Of a stretch of DNA of 64,000 nt, positions 40,395 through 54,616 are shown piece after piece. Positions within the stretch are counted from its first letter, which is position 1; every line of letters starts with the position of its first letter. Made by a program: the position numbers and the translations under genes. Below the pieces are notes generated by a model, which was not told the DNA's origin, ran no database searches, and saw only the letters and a list, made by a program, of their open reading frames with translations. The stretch spans positions 20,832,001 through 20,896,000 of the forward strand of contig OZ024751.1 in assembly GCA_964016885.1 (NCBI GenBank), written 5' to 3'. Source of the DNA: Eledone cirrhosa. Lineage: Eukaryota.

Positions 40395-40668
40395 TCTGGT
40401 CATCTGGATATCTGGTTCCTCCAGCCACATGGTAACAGACCACTATGTTCTTCCAGCTTTCTGCGTCTCTGCTTGAAACCAGTTTTTGTCACACCTCTGT
40501 TGGTCATCTTTTAGAGTGAATCTCCAGGTCTTCTGCGGCCTATCTTTTGGTCTTTTCCCACCAGCTGGCAACCATTACATTACAGTTCTTGTTGGTATAG
40601 TTTGCCCTATTCATAGGACATGTCCTGCCAGATGCATTCTTCTGTTCTTGATGACAAAACTCAGATGT
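40395..40668 (-). mobile_element. Decayed RTE LINE 3' fragment
   Basis: LAGHVL*IGQTIPTRTVM*WLPAGGKRPKDRPQKTWR on the minus strand. Confidence 0.7.
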
Positions 40669-40669
40669 C

Positions 40670-40740
<71 letters not shown>

Positions 40741-41256
40741 AACAAGTATTGTTCCTATTACCCACTCTACTACCCTAAGTATTCAGTACTTTGGTGCGTT
40801 ATGGTCCACCTGGTTCCTTACCACATTTCCTTCGTTATATATATATATATATATATATACCATCAATATCATTTCAACATACATTACAAATAAAACATGG
40901 GGTTGGATTCAATTCCTATGTAGACAACAAATACCATAATGGAGCAGCCATGAAACTTTTTCAGAAGAAATTTCTGTTGGGATTTGGAGAAAAAGATAAT
41001 GATGTTTGGAGTATAAGTGGATATGAACAGTGTTTACAACAGGGTCTCGTCACTCAGGAGTAAGCAAATCCTGACGATTGCTTTAAAGGATTGGTCGTCG
41101 TGATCTCGCTCATTGGTTTCTGAGAGGCTTCTGAGTTAACCATGGTAGTCTATTTTTCACAACGAGGCAAAAATATAAATATATATCTTTTAAACATTAA
41201 ACATGACTTTGATCATGACTTTGATTAACAATATTAATCTCGTATATAACGTCCTA

Positions 41257-41345
<89 letters not shown>

Positions 41346-41383
41346 ATAGAGATAAAGGTGGGTAAACAATGAATAGGAATGAG

Positions 41384-41454
<71 letters not shown>

Positions 41455-41793
41455 GAGACCATTTATTTCAATTTTGGAAGCTACAATCCATACTTTCAAT
41501 GGAAGATAGTTTTGTTGGTGATTCTCTCTTTTCTATGGCTTGTCTTGTCTTGTTTTGTTTTGTGATTGGTTCCTGTTGAAATGACTTTTATTGTTCAATG
41601 AGTACACATTGCCAGAACCACAATGTCCTACTTCATCTTTGTTAGAAAGTCAACCATTTTGAAATAGCTTTTCGCTTACCTGCTAATACATAATAATACA
41701 TACACAATGTTGATGACGATAATGATGAAGATGATGATGATGATGATGATGATGATTATGATGATCGTGATGATGATGATAATGATAATTATG

Positions 41794-41842
<49 letters not shown>

Positions 41843-42103
41843 GAATAATAGTAAATAGACGACTAAATAGATAAAAAGGCAAAATAAAAGAGGAAAATAG
41901 AAAGAAAACCATAGAATTAAATACAAAGATAAAATATATATGATGATGATGATGATGATGATATCAATAATAACAGGAATAGTAGTAATACTAGTTATAA
42001 CAATATTGATAGTAATAGTGATAATAATAACAATAACGGTTATAATAATAACAATGGTAATAATCTAATTACTTTTCTATATTTTTGCATAATAATAATA
42101 ATA

Positions 42104-42156
<53 letters not shown>

Positions 42157-42224
42157 AGCAATGATAATAACAACAACAACAAAAATAGTAATAAAAATAA
42201 TAACAACAACAACAATAATGATAA

Positions 42225-42695
42225 TGGTTTCTAGTATAGGCACAAGGCCAGCAATTTTGGGGGAGGGGAAAGTCGATTAAATCGACCCCAGTCTATTACT
42301 GGTACTTTATTTTATCGACTCCGTAAGGATGAAAGGCAAAGTTAACCTTAGCGGGACTTAAAGTGAGACCGTAAAGGGCCGTAACTCTGTGCTGCGAAGC
42401 ATGGCTTCCGACCCTCTATCGATACGGCCAATCCCCCGCCCTTATGTTTTGCATAATAATACTGATGAGGATGATGATGATGATGATAATAATAATTGTT
42501 TCTTATTATATAGGATTGGCAGTATCGGTAGAGAGTCGGACGCCATGCTTTCCCACATAGAGTTACGTCCCTTTACGGACTGAGTTCAAATCCCGCCGAG
42601 GTTAACTTTGCCTTTCATCCTTACGGGGTCGATAAAATAAAGTACCAATAATGTACTGGGATAATTTGCTGGCCTTGTGCCAAAAGTAGAAACGA
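42225..42695. mobile_element. Head-to-head SINE pair (minus 42225-42440, plus 42513-42695)
   Basis: Major SINE family motifs in opposite orientations. Confidence 0.8.
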
Positions 42696-42781
42696 TTATA
42701 TATTATATTGAATATGTGATGATGATGATGATGATAATAACAATAATAATGATAATAATAATAATAATGGTTTCTTTATTG

Positions 42782-42827
<46 letters not shown>

Positions 42828-42841
42828 TGGCAATAATAGTA

Positions 42842-42909
<68 letters not shown>

Positions 42910-43259
42910 AATAATAATAATAATAATATTAATGATAATATTAATGCTTCATATTTATAAACTATTACAGATTACGTAAATTCCTTTTCATTCTCCACGT
43001 CGCCTCCATGTTATCTTCCTACTTTTTCTTACTTTTTTAGTATTATAATTTTTTTGGTTTTTTGTTCTATTCTGAGAAAGACAACATCACAAAATATGTC
43101 TATTGTTTAATGAAGCAAACTTGAGGCCATATTTCCACAGTAACACAAAAGTGTGTACGGTATTATTCTACTGAGCTGAGTGGAAAGAGTTAAAACAATG
43201 GCCTAAAATATTAAAAAAATGAATTTTTTTGGCTTTGTTTTTGTATTTTTGTTGTTACG

Positions 43260-43290
<31 letters not shown>

Positions 43291-43700
43291 TTCTTTTGAA
43301 ACCATGGCAGTAGTTTTAACAAACACAATATTATGTGTGTGGGCATCATCCGTAAAAATAAATAGCTTCTGGATTACAGTAATTTCACTTGTTCTACGAC
43401 AATCTGTACTACGACTGTACATGCTAAAACACACACACACGCACACAAACAAAACAAAAAACAAAAAAAAAATACAAAAGGAAAGATTGAAACAAATACC
43501 ATACTAGAAACAGACAAAAAGTATAGAATAGAATAAAATAAAGAGAAAAGATGAGACAATGTTGTATAACATTCTCTTATGTAACTTGATAAAACTTCAG
43601 TAGCTGAGTGGTTAAATCGCATTGGAAAATGGTCGGTCAAAAGTCGGTTGACAGATTTGTTTTGGCCATTGTTAAGTGCTTGTCTATAGTAATGATGACG

Positions 43701-43731
<31 letters not shown>

Positions 43732-43785
43732 GGGTGATGATGATGATGGTGATGACGATGATGGTGATGGTGATGATGATGAGAG

Positions 43786-43838
<53 letters not shown>

Positions 43839-44699
43839 GTGATGGCGATGATGACGATGGTGATGATGATGATGATGATGATGAGGGTGAGAGTGGTGAG
43901 GAGGGTGATGATAATGATGATGATGATGATGATGATGATTATTATTATCATTACGACGAACTTCCCTCCTGACAAAGCGATAAAAATCTATGGGATGGAA
44001 AGTTTCCGCAGTTTATTAGTATTGTCCCCTCCTAGGAATAAAGTAAACCCATATGGCACAAAAAAAACATATCCCTATATTGCAGGGAGGGGGGGGGGGT
44101 CAGTACATAGTTATCACAAGCTTGGAAAGACCTGGGTTTTACTCTATCTTCTACTTTCTCAGCTAATGTTAAGACATACAAAATGAAAAGATCTCAGGCA
44201 GGGGCAGATTAAGTTTGCAGGGGCGTTTGGCTGAAAATTCTATTGGTTTGTGCATATGAAAAGGGGGTATTAACCCTGAAATATTATGTTGACATATACT
44301 GGGTAAAACATTATTTTGTTTTCTTTTATTTGTCATAGTTTGTCCTTTATATATTCCTACCGCATTGCGAAATTTATCAGTCAGATATAATATATTATTT
44401 ATGATAGCCAAAAGATTAATTTGGGGATCTTAAAATATTTTTGATCCCTGGCTACAGCCGAGTCTGTCATCCACCTTTAATCCGCCGATGGTTGAGATAT
44501 TTATTTCGGCATGATATACTGATTCCAAATTCTATCGAGGTCAATTTTGTCTTTCATCTTTTAGAGGTCAACAGATAAAAATACCTGCGATCTAAGTGTA
44601 AATACCATCACCTGTCATCTGAAATAGCAGTGACGCTTGTACTAGCTCACAGACTGTATCAATAATTATCATCAATATGATAGCGACCACAATCGAAAA

Positions 44700-44886
44700 A
44701 TCACGATTTTTCATTGCTCCTGGCAACTGTTCCTTACTGAGGTTTGTATGGTCTGAGTGTTGATCGATGAAAGTTCGAGCAGATCTTTCTCTACTGCGTC
44801 TCCTGTCAGTTGGTTCCCAAAATAGATAGATAGATAGACAGAGATAGGAGTGGTAGTGAGAGGGAGAGAGAGAGAGTGGTACTGGT

Positions 44887-44960
<74 letters not shown>

Positions 44961-45260
44961 TCATCATCATTATTGTTGCAACCACAGTCGAACATTCCTG
45001 ACAAAGATTCTCCACAAGTCACGATTTTCCATCGTTCCTGGTGACTGCTCCGTATTGAAGTTGGTACCCTCTGAGAGTTGATCCATGAAGGTTTGAGCAA
45101 GACTTCTATTGAGATGGTTCCCACAAAAGTAGCTTGTGTATAACTTCCCCTTTACTTCTCCAACAATGTCCTGCAAATCGTAACCGTCTTTGAACAATTG
45201 TAGTTGTTATCTCTTGTGCAAGTTTCCATATAAACTTTCATTTATATCAGTAATAGAAGC
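44700..45260 (-). mobile_element. Two decayed RTE LINE 3' fragments separated by (GA)n
   Basis: ITTTIVQRRLRFAGHCWRSKGEVIHKLLLWEP (44975-45260) and WEPTDRRRSRERSARTFIDQ (44700-44820) parallel the C-terminus of the 14471-15441 element. Confidence 0.75.
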
Positions 45261-45424
45261 ATTACTAGATCCACAGCTTTCTTCCTCCGGTCTGATAATG
45301 GTTTTCTTTGCTCAGTTTCTATATATTATTATGTTGCTGTCTTTTTATTGCTGTAGTGTTATCGATTTTGTCATGTTATCGAGTTTGTCATGTTATCGAT
45401 TTTCATTGGCTAATTCATTTCTTG

Positions 45425-46000
45425 AGAAGGGATGGCCACGTTTCTTGTCTCAGAGATAACTGGTGTACTACTAGAGCGACAGAGAGGACACTAGGTCAGT
45501 GAAGAAGCACTGGAGGCGGCCAAAGATGGGTTGGCAGCGTGTCTCGTCTCCGAGACAACTGGTGGGCCATTAGAGCGACAGAGTGGACACCAAGGCAGTG
45601 AAGAAGCATTGGAGGCGGCTAAAGATTGGTTGGCAGTGTCTCTCGTCTCAGAGACAACAGGCGGGCCATTAGAGCGACAGAGTGGACACCAACGCAGTGA
45701 AGAAGCATTGGAGGCGGCCAAAGATTGGTTGGCAGTGTCTCTCGTCTCAGAGACAACAGGCGGGCCATTAGAGCGACATAGTGGACACCAAGGCAGTGAA
45801 GAAGCATTGGAGGCGGCCAAAGATGGGTTGGCAACGATGGGTTGGCCAAAGATGGGCTATTAGAGCGACAGAGTGGACACCAGGAAAGCGAAGAAGAATT
45901 GGAGGTGGTCGAAGATAAATTGGCAACGTGTCTCGTCTCAGGAACAACTTGTAGCCTATTAGAGCGTCAGAGCGGACACCAGGTCAGTGGAGAAGAAATA
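45425..46000 (+). repeat. 99-bp GC-rich tandem repeat, ~5-6 units
   Basis: AGTGAAGAAGCA at 45498, 45597, 45696, 45795, with degenerate flanking units. Confidence 0.9.
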
Positions 46001-46548
46001 GAAGACGATCTGACCCGATATCGTGGCCTAACATAGCCCAATATGGCCAGAGATAATAAGGAGTGAGTGGAGGTTTTAATTGCTTTCCCTTACAAATATT
46101 ATTCCACAAAAGCGATCTTATCGTTGCCTTTCGTCCTTCTGGGATCGATAAAATATAGTACCAGTCAAGTACTGGGGTTGATTCAACCAACTCTGCCGAT
46201 ACCCAAAATTTACTGGCCTTGAGTCAAAATTAGAAATCACTATTATTCCACAGAAGCAGAGGCTCGAAGAAAATACACATACATGGGGGACAATCAATTT
46301 TTATGGTGTAAAGATGAACGTTTCAAAGAAACTATGAAATCCTTTCATATGAATTTTGAGTGTGGCATATTCGCGCTAAAATGTCAGATTTGTAGGTGAA
46401 TAATTTATTTGTTTCAGCGCTAGAGATTACAATAAATTTATCGAAAGTGAGTACAATACATTACTTAAAATGTGCAGCGTATGTCTCTCTAATCCTTAAT
46501 TTATTTAATCTAAACTGATAACATGTGGCTTCTATGTGAATTTACAAC

Positions 46549-46588
<40 letters not shown>

Positions 46589-46589
46589 T

Positions 46590-46919
46590 ATTAGAAAGTG
46601 AGGTTTTTTTTACAAAATGAAAAATAACCGAGGTGTCCTACACGAGTGAAAGTATAAAGAAAAAAGATGAAATCGAAAATGCAACTGAAGTCTTATTTAA
46701 AAAAAAAATATATATATTTATTTGGTTCCTTTACCGGTTTCGCAGTTCTTCTGCTTTTCAAAAGGTGAGTTGAGATGGAGGGTCTGTGGTTTAGACCCTC
46801 CATCTCAACTCACCTTTTGAAAAGCAGAAGAACTGCGAAACCGGTAAAGGAACCAAATAAATATATATATTTTTTTAAAAAATAAGACTTCAGTTGCATT
46901 TTCGATTTCATCTCTTTTT

Positions 46920-46926
<7 letters not shown>
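46590..46926. mobile_element. Fold-back Penelope-like remnant family E in (TA)n
   Basis: ~133-bp arms 46653-46785 and 46793-46926 with a 7-nt loop and an unpaired tail at left. Confidence 0.75.
46813..46850 (+). ncRNA. Minimal type I hammerhead motif, U3-A8 variant (mirror copy on minus)
   Basis: CCTT-TTGAAAA-GCAG-AAGAA-CTGC-GAAA-CCGG-TA-AAGG. Confidence 0.7.
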
Positions 46927-46961
<35 letters not shown>

Positions 46962-46976
46962 GTATATGTATAAGTG

Positions 46977-47022
<46 letters not shown>

Positions 47023-47105
47023 CACTTATACATATACGTATATATATATATATATATATAAATGTATATATATATATATATAAATGTATATATATATATA
47101 TATAA

Positions 47106-47140
<35 letters not shown>

Positions 47141-47351
47141 TAAATGTTTATATATACATATATATATATATATATACGTATATATACACACACACACACA
47201 TATATATATATACATATTGTATATCAATTGTTATAGTTTGACGACTTATTTGGATTGCTTTCAGTATTGTCAACATGAAACGCGAGGCTTTGATCCAACA
47301 ATAACTCATCTTCTCAGATCCATTGTATGAATTGTAGAAATATATATATAT

Positions 47352-47986
47352 AAATGAAATATCGTTTCATTTTTTCCGTTTATTGTTTTCGGTGCACCCG
47401 GCCGATTAACCCACTCGATATGCAAATTGGGCTACTCAGCCGTTAATATGCATAAGGTAAGTATATACGTTCAACAATACGGCAGGAAGGTATACGTTGC
47501 TGACGATAGCTAACAAGCTTGAAACTTGTACAGCGTTCCTTTGTCAAATGAGCAACGGTGGTTGCTAGACACTACGGCTTAATACGGGATGTACAAACAC
47601 ACCGAGCATTATAATAAATGTTCCGTGAATCCATACGTGCATATATATATGTGTGCATGTATGTATATATATATATACATACTACTGTACGTCTGTATAC
47701 ATATATGTATGTACGTGTACATACTTACATTTAAGTAACAGCCGTACTAAGAGTGGGAAATGAAATATCGTTTTATTTTTTCCGTTTATAAATATATAAA
47801 TATATATATATATATAAATATATAAATATATAAATGGAATAGAATGAAACGAAATTTCATTTCTCACTCTTAGTACAGCACTTACTTAAATGTAAGTATG
47901 TATGTATACGTACATACATATATGTATACAGACGTACAGTAGCATGTATATATATACATACAGGCACACATATATATATGCACGTA
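47352..47986. mobile_element. Hammerhead-bearing repeat family with terminal inversion (related pieces at 63230-63862)
   Basis: ~47465-47635 matches the reverse complement of 63320-63505; inverted arms 47634-47790 and 47833-47986. Confidence 0.65.
47494..47536 (+). ncRNA. Minimal type I hammerhead motif
   Basis: ACGTTG-CTGACGA-TAGCT-AACA-AGCTT-GAAA-CTTG-TA-CAGCGT. Confidence 0.75.
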
Positions 47987-48207
47987 TCAGTTTACATACA
48001 TACTTATAAATATATAAATATATATATATATAAATATATAAATATATAAATATATATATATATATATAAATATATATATATATAAATATATAAATATATA
48101 AATATATATAAATATATAAATATATAAATATATAAATATATTACACTCTAATATGTTATAAACTGGTGTTAAATTATTTATTCGTATGTATAAACACATG
48201 CATACGA

Positions 48208-48240
<33 letters not shown>

Positions 48241-48295
48241 CATGCATATAATTGGAAGCAGATGTCAGCATAGTTACGTAACTGAATAGCATGTG

Positions 48296-48339
<44 letters not shown>

Positions 48340-48631
48340 TTGCTATATACAAACATAAAATCCCTCACACATTTATACATATATATATGGAAGTATGTGT
48401 AACTTGTGCTTATATAAATATGTATGTTTTTGTGTAGCAGACAAGCAATAAATGTTTGTTACATGTATGTCTAATTAGATGCAGCTGTTTGGCAAGAAGT
48501 TCACTTGAATTTCGCTCATATCGTGACAAACAACCGACATTTAATAAAACTGGAATTCATTTTTTCCCTTCTTTAGAATATACTGCGTGGAATTGAACAA
48601 TTGACAAATTGAAATAAGCTGCGCATATGTT

Positions 48632-48694
<63 letters not shown>

Positions 48695-49035
48695 ATGTAC
48701 GTAAGTGTGCCTCTGTGTAAGTGTATAAGCATGAGTGTATGTGTTTAATTTTATATATATATGTGTGTGTGTGTGTCTTTATATATATGTATATGCATAT
48801 ATATATGTATGTATGTGTCCATATACTTATCTATATAAATTAATATGTATACATACATAAATATACATATATTTATATATATATATACATGTGCGTATAC
48901 ATGCATATATATATGTGTGTGTGTGTGTAGATATATATGCATATATATATTTGTATATATACGTGTATATATATATATATATATAAATATATATATATGC
49001 ATATATACATATATATATGCATATATACATATATA

Positions 49036-49127
<92 letters not shown>

Positions 49128-49183
49128 TATATACATATATATATATGCATATATACATATATATATGCATATATACATATATA

Positions 49184-49252
<69 letters not shown>

Positions 49253-49909
49253 GCATATATATGTACGCTTGCTATGCATACGTTTATAACGTAAGCAAAA
49301 TGTTCCAGTCCTTCCTAATTAAACACTTCTGAGATTAGTCACAAGTATAGGAAAGTTTTTAATCGAGAATGTGTCAATGTCGTTTACTGGTGTGATAAAC
49401 TTTGAGATTAACATTCAAAACTATATGTACTGAACATTCACAATAGACTTACGTAAGATAACTAATTATCACAAATATTAACGCTACTTAATCCTCACAT
49501 ATATATATATATAGGCGGAAAGTCGATTAAATCGACCCCAGTGCGTGACTGGTACTTTATTTTATCGACTCCGTAATGTTGAAAGACAAAGTTAACCTGG
49601 AATCATATTCCACTATTCCTACAAACTGTTAATTCTTTTTAAATTCACATAAATACAAGCTTTTCTTTCTTTCTCTTTCTTCTTCCTACTCATACAGATA
49701 TATATCCTAATAATTAATTAAATTTACCTAGCGTCTAAAAATAACATTTTTTCAGCCCTATACCTCAACCTCATTTGCATATTCATCTAAATAATTTGAA
49801 ATATTTGACTTTTCCTCTCTTTCCCCTTTTTCCTTTTACTGTCCAGGAAAAACTTGAACCGTTAAGATCTCCTTCCTGGATATGTCAATATTTATAAAAC
49901 AAACTTTGC

Positions 49910-49968
49910 ATTTTATCTGATGAGGGCGTACCAAACTTTTGGTACTCTTGAAATATATATAATAGAAT
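49910..49968 (+). ncRNA. Type I hammerhead motif (family D direct copy)
   Basis: ATTTTAT-CTGATGA-GGGCGTACCAA-ACTT-TTGGTACTCTT-GAAA-TATATA-TA-ATAGAAT. Confidence 0.8.
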
Positions 49969-51377
49969 AAATATGGTTTTATAAATATAGTTTCCATTTA
50001 TTTAATATCATTGATATTATACTCCAGAAAATCTGTCGAGTGCTTCGAATCAGTTATAAATATATATATTTGTTGAATTACCAACAAATTAAATATCCCT
50101 TTTGCTTATATATATATATATATATATATAGGAAAAAGTATGACCCCGACGGCAGAGCTCAAGCCGTTTCGACGTCTATTTCTGGACTCAGAAATAGCCG
50201 TCGAAACGGCTTGAGCTCTGCCGTCGGGGTCATACTTTTTCCTATTTCCCACTCTACTACCCTAAGTATTGAGTACTCTGATGCGTTATGGTCCATCTGG
50301 TTCCTTACCACAATTCCTTTGTTATATATATATATATATATGATGGCTGCCCCCTCGTTATCGAGTATGGCCATTGCACGAGGAGAAAGAAAAATAAAAA
50401 TAATAATAATAAATAAATAAAAAGAAAATAAAAAAAAAATAAGCTCCCACATATATATATATATATATATACATGCATACATACATATATGCATAGATAC
50501 ACACATACATGCATAGATACACACATAGATACACACATACATACATAGATACATACATACATATATACATGGTGGCTGCCAACTCGTTTTCGAGTACGGC
50601 CACTACTTTATATCCATGTAGGAGAACCCCTACCGATGCGCTGAACGAGTGTGACTTTTTAGTCCAGCCAGCGACTTGAAAACTCTGGTACAAACACTAC
50701 ACTTGTGACAATTATTGACACATAGTGCTGGGCCCATGGTACCATGTGACGACAAGTGCAGAGAGATCTCCAGATATAAAGCAATGCCTGTGCCGTGAAG
50801 CTTTTATAGTGAGCAAAGGCACTGCACAAAGCCAGTCCCACTCTCTTAACCAAGATGATATTTACCAAAAAAAAGAACAAGTCAACATCATTGGATACCA
50901 TCAGGGTTGCAGGTGTTATATCAGAGTTTTCCTTCTCCCAGAATTCTGCCTTGACAAAGGCTAAGGGGTCATCTCTCCCGGTGATTTTGGATGGCCATTG
51001 ACTCTTAAGAGCTCCTTTGCCCTTTGACAGGTTTTGTTTTTAGTCCTGCAGGATGTCTACCCACCTCACCAAGAAAGCTTATATACATACATACATACAT
51101 TCCTACCTACCTACATACATTTAGTATTTGTTTCAGCAAACCCAGGCCGGTACACAAGTTCATGATTACATGATAATCACATAAAGCAGCCAGTACTACG
51201 AGGGTGGGCGAGAGCCCCATCCGGCCACCCTGCTATCAGTGATAAGTGTGACTGAGGACCACCCAAAGGGGCTTAAATCAGTTCTCGCTAGGATTATTCT
51301 CGTCTCATCATAACTGTCAATTATTTCTCCCGCAGAGGGTAAAACTGGCTGTCGGGAACTACAGACGACTGCCATTG

Positions 51378-51378
<1 letters not shown>

Positions 51379-51459
<81 letters not shown>

Positions 51460-51624
51460 ACACACACATAGACATAGACACACACACACACACATAGACA
51501 TAGACACATAGATACAGACACACACACACATAGACATAGACACACACATAGACATAGACACACACACACACACACACAGACAGACATAGACACATAGATA
51601 CAGACACACACACACATAGACATA

Positions 51625-51683
<59 letters not shown>

Positions 51684-52165
51684 ACAGACATAGACACATA
51701 GATACAGACACACACACACATAGACATAGACACACACACACACACACAGACAGACACATAGATACAGACACACACACACATAGACATAGACACATACACA
51801 CACACACACACATAAACATAGACACACACACATACACACACACACATAGACACATAGATACAGACACACACACACATAGACACTCACACAGACATAGACA
51901 CACACACACACAGACAGACACACACACATACACACACAGACATAGACACATAGATACAGACACACACAGACACACACACATAGACATAGACACACACACA
52001 TAGAAACAGACTCACACGTACAGACAGACAGACACACACACACACATACATAGACACAGACACACACAGACATAGACACACACATACACACACACACATA
52101 GATACAGACACACACGTACAGACATAGACAGACACACACACAGATACAGACACACATATATACAG

Positions 52166-52196
<31 letters not shown>

Positions 52197-52202
52197 CAGA
52201 GA

Positions 52203-52234
<32 letters not shown>

Positions 52235-52692
52235 AAGAGAGAGAGACACAAATACAGACACACACCACAGATAGATACAGACACAGACGCACACACACAC
52301 ACACACACACACACAGAACACATACACACTCACACACTACACACACATACACATACAGACACAAACACATACACAGAAACACACACATATGCACACACAT
52401 GTACATATAAATACGCATTCACAAACATTTACACGTACACATGCATACATGTGTACATACACACGTACATGCACTCACACGTACTTATACACACACATTC
52501 ACATGGATGTATATACACTCAAACACATTTACGTACACATGTACATACACAGACATACACACACACACATACTTATACACACATATTCACATACATATAT
52601 ATACACTCAAACACATTTACGTACACATGTACATACACAGACGTACACACACACACGTGCACACATACATACAAACGCACACACACACACAC
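51379..52692. repeat. (CA)n/(CATAGA)n microsatellite block
   Basis: Direct inspection. Confidence 0.95.
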
Positions 52693-52837
52693 TTCCTCTA
52701 TAAGAAATTGCTTTTATTTAAATTTGAGAGGGAATTGGATACATTCCTCCGGGTTTAAACTGCCCAAGCTTAGCTGTTTGGGATTATGGTGTCCCTACGA
52801 CTCTTAATAGAGTTACATGTCCATTCATAACCTTTAA

Positions 52838-53432
52838 TAATTGTTTCTACTTTTGGCACAAGGTCAGCAAATACCCAGTGAATTACTGGTACTTTATTTT
52901 ATCGACCCGGTAAGGATGAAAGGCAAAGTTAACCTCGGCGGGATTTGAACTCAGGTCATAAAGGGCCATAACTCTATGCTGCAAAGCATGGCGTCCGACG
53001 CTCTACCGATACTGCCAAAACCACAGTGACCATCTATAAGTATTTTTACTCTTTTACCTGTTTCAGGTGACTGACTGAGGCCATGCTGGGGCATCGCCAT
53101 TGACGCTACACTATCGATAAACAGCCTTCCTTGGTTGGCCATCCATAGATGAATTATTTTGTCACTGCTGTCACCCATATTTTTACTTCGTTTCGAGGTG
53201 TGTTCATCCAGGATCTTGTTTGGCAGCTTGTCATGTCTTTTTAGTTTTTAGCATTTAATTTAATCATCTCTGGCATAGATTCTATGATGACCATCTATAA
53301 TTTTTTTTCTTCGTCAATAAATAACCATCTCCCCCCTCTCTCTATCTGTGTGTGTTTATATATATATATATACGAGTAAGTAAAATTTCCTTCTTCAGTT
53401 GTCTGCTGGAGATCACGGACAATTCAACACAT

Positions 53433-53489
<57 letters not shown>

Positions 53490-53762
53490 CCTGCCATTGA
53501 ACCACATTGGCATATGGTTGGACAATACATGTGTTCCTAGACGCTTTTTGCGTGTAGGGAAATATACTTTATTATTATTTGGATTGGCAGTATCGGTAGA
53601 GGGTCGGACGCCATGCTTTGCAGCAAAGAGTTACGGCCCTTTATGGTCTGAGTTCAAATCCCGCTGAGGTTAACTTTGCCTTTCATCCTTACGGGGTCGA
53701 TAAAATAAAGTACCAGTAATGTACTGGGATAATTGCTGGCCTTGTGCCAAAAGTAGAAATAA
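52838..53762. mobile_element. Inverted SINE pair (minus 52838-53020, plus 53581-53762) and a SINE-tail fragment at 53043-53100 (also 3000-3060)
   Basis: Major SINE family motifs. Confidence 0.8.
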
Positions 53763-53994
53763 TAATTATTCTCCTCTTAGTCGAGAAAAAAATTTGGTCG
53801 TTCTGACTGCTGCTAGTTATAGTGGTAGTAGACTGACCTCCCTGCCCTTGCTTCTATCTTTACACACGGCACTGGACGGAATTGCTTCCACATCATTTAT
53901 TCTCATCTCGGGAACAATTTTGAATAGCGCCAGTTCGTAAGTTGAACTCGGGAATTTTATATTCTCCGAGTGAAAAGATCCTTCTGACGAGAGT

Positions 53995-54084
<90 letters not shown>

Positions 54085-54225
54085 CAAAGAAAGTCTGGTA
54101 AGAAACCAGGTGGAGCAATAGGAAAAGAGTCAGGACCTCGACAACTGAGCTCTGGGCGTTTCGACAGCTAGGATCTAGCTGTCGAAACGGCCGGAGCTCA
54201 TCCGTCGGGGTCCTGAATCTTTTCC

Positions 54226-54259
<34 letters not shown>

Positions 54260-54262
<3 letters not shown>

Positions 54263-54616
54263 GGTGTTAAAGTTTGCTTGAAGCATTGTGAAATGTGTAA
54301 AATACGTAGTTAAGAAAGCCACAACAATGCAGAGGGAAATCTCGAGGTAGGAAGTGAATGATAGATAGGAAAAACAGGTGAAAGAGAAAATTGAGAGAGA
54401 CAAAGATGAAAACAAAACAAAGGTAGAAGGGTTACCGTAGTAGAGATTCGTGAGCCCGAAATATTGGGATTAAATCTCTACTACGGTAACCCTTCTACCT
54501 TTGTTTTGTTTTCATCTTTGTCTCTCTCTATTTTCACTTTCACCTGTTTCTCCTATCTATCATTCACTTCCTACCTCGAGATTTCCCTCTGCATTGTTGT
54601 GGCTTTCTTAACTACG

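Noticed and set aside
40870-41063. Possible host exon (complex ~60-codon frame)
   Set aside because: No recognisable domain or convincing splice sites; short open frames arise by chance
44970-45197. 75-aa minus ORF as a novel gene
   Set aside because: An overlapping frame gives clear RTE motifs (QRRLRFAGH, LLLWEP), so it is a frameshifted LINE relic
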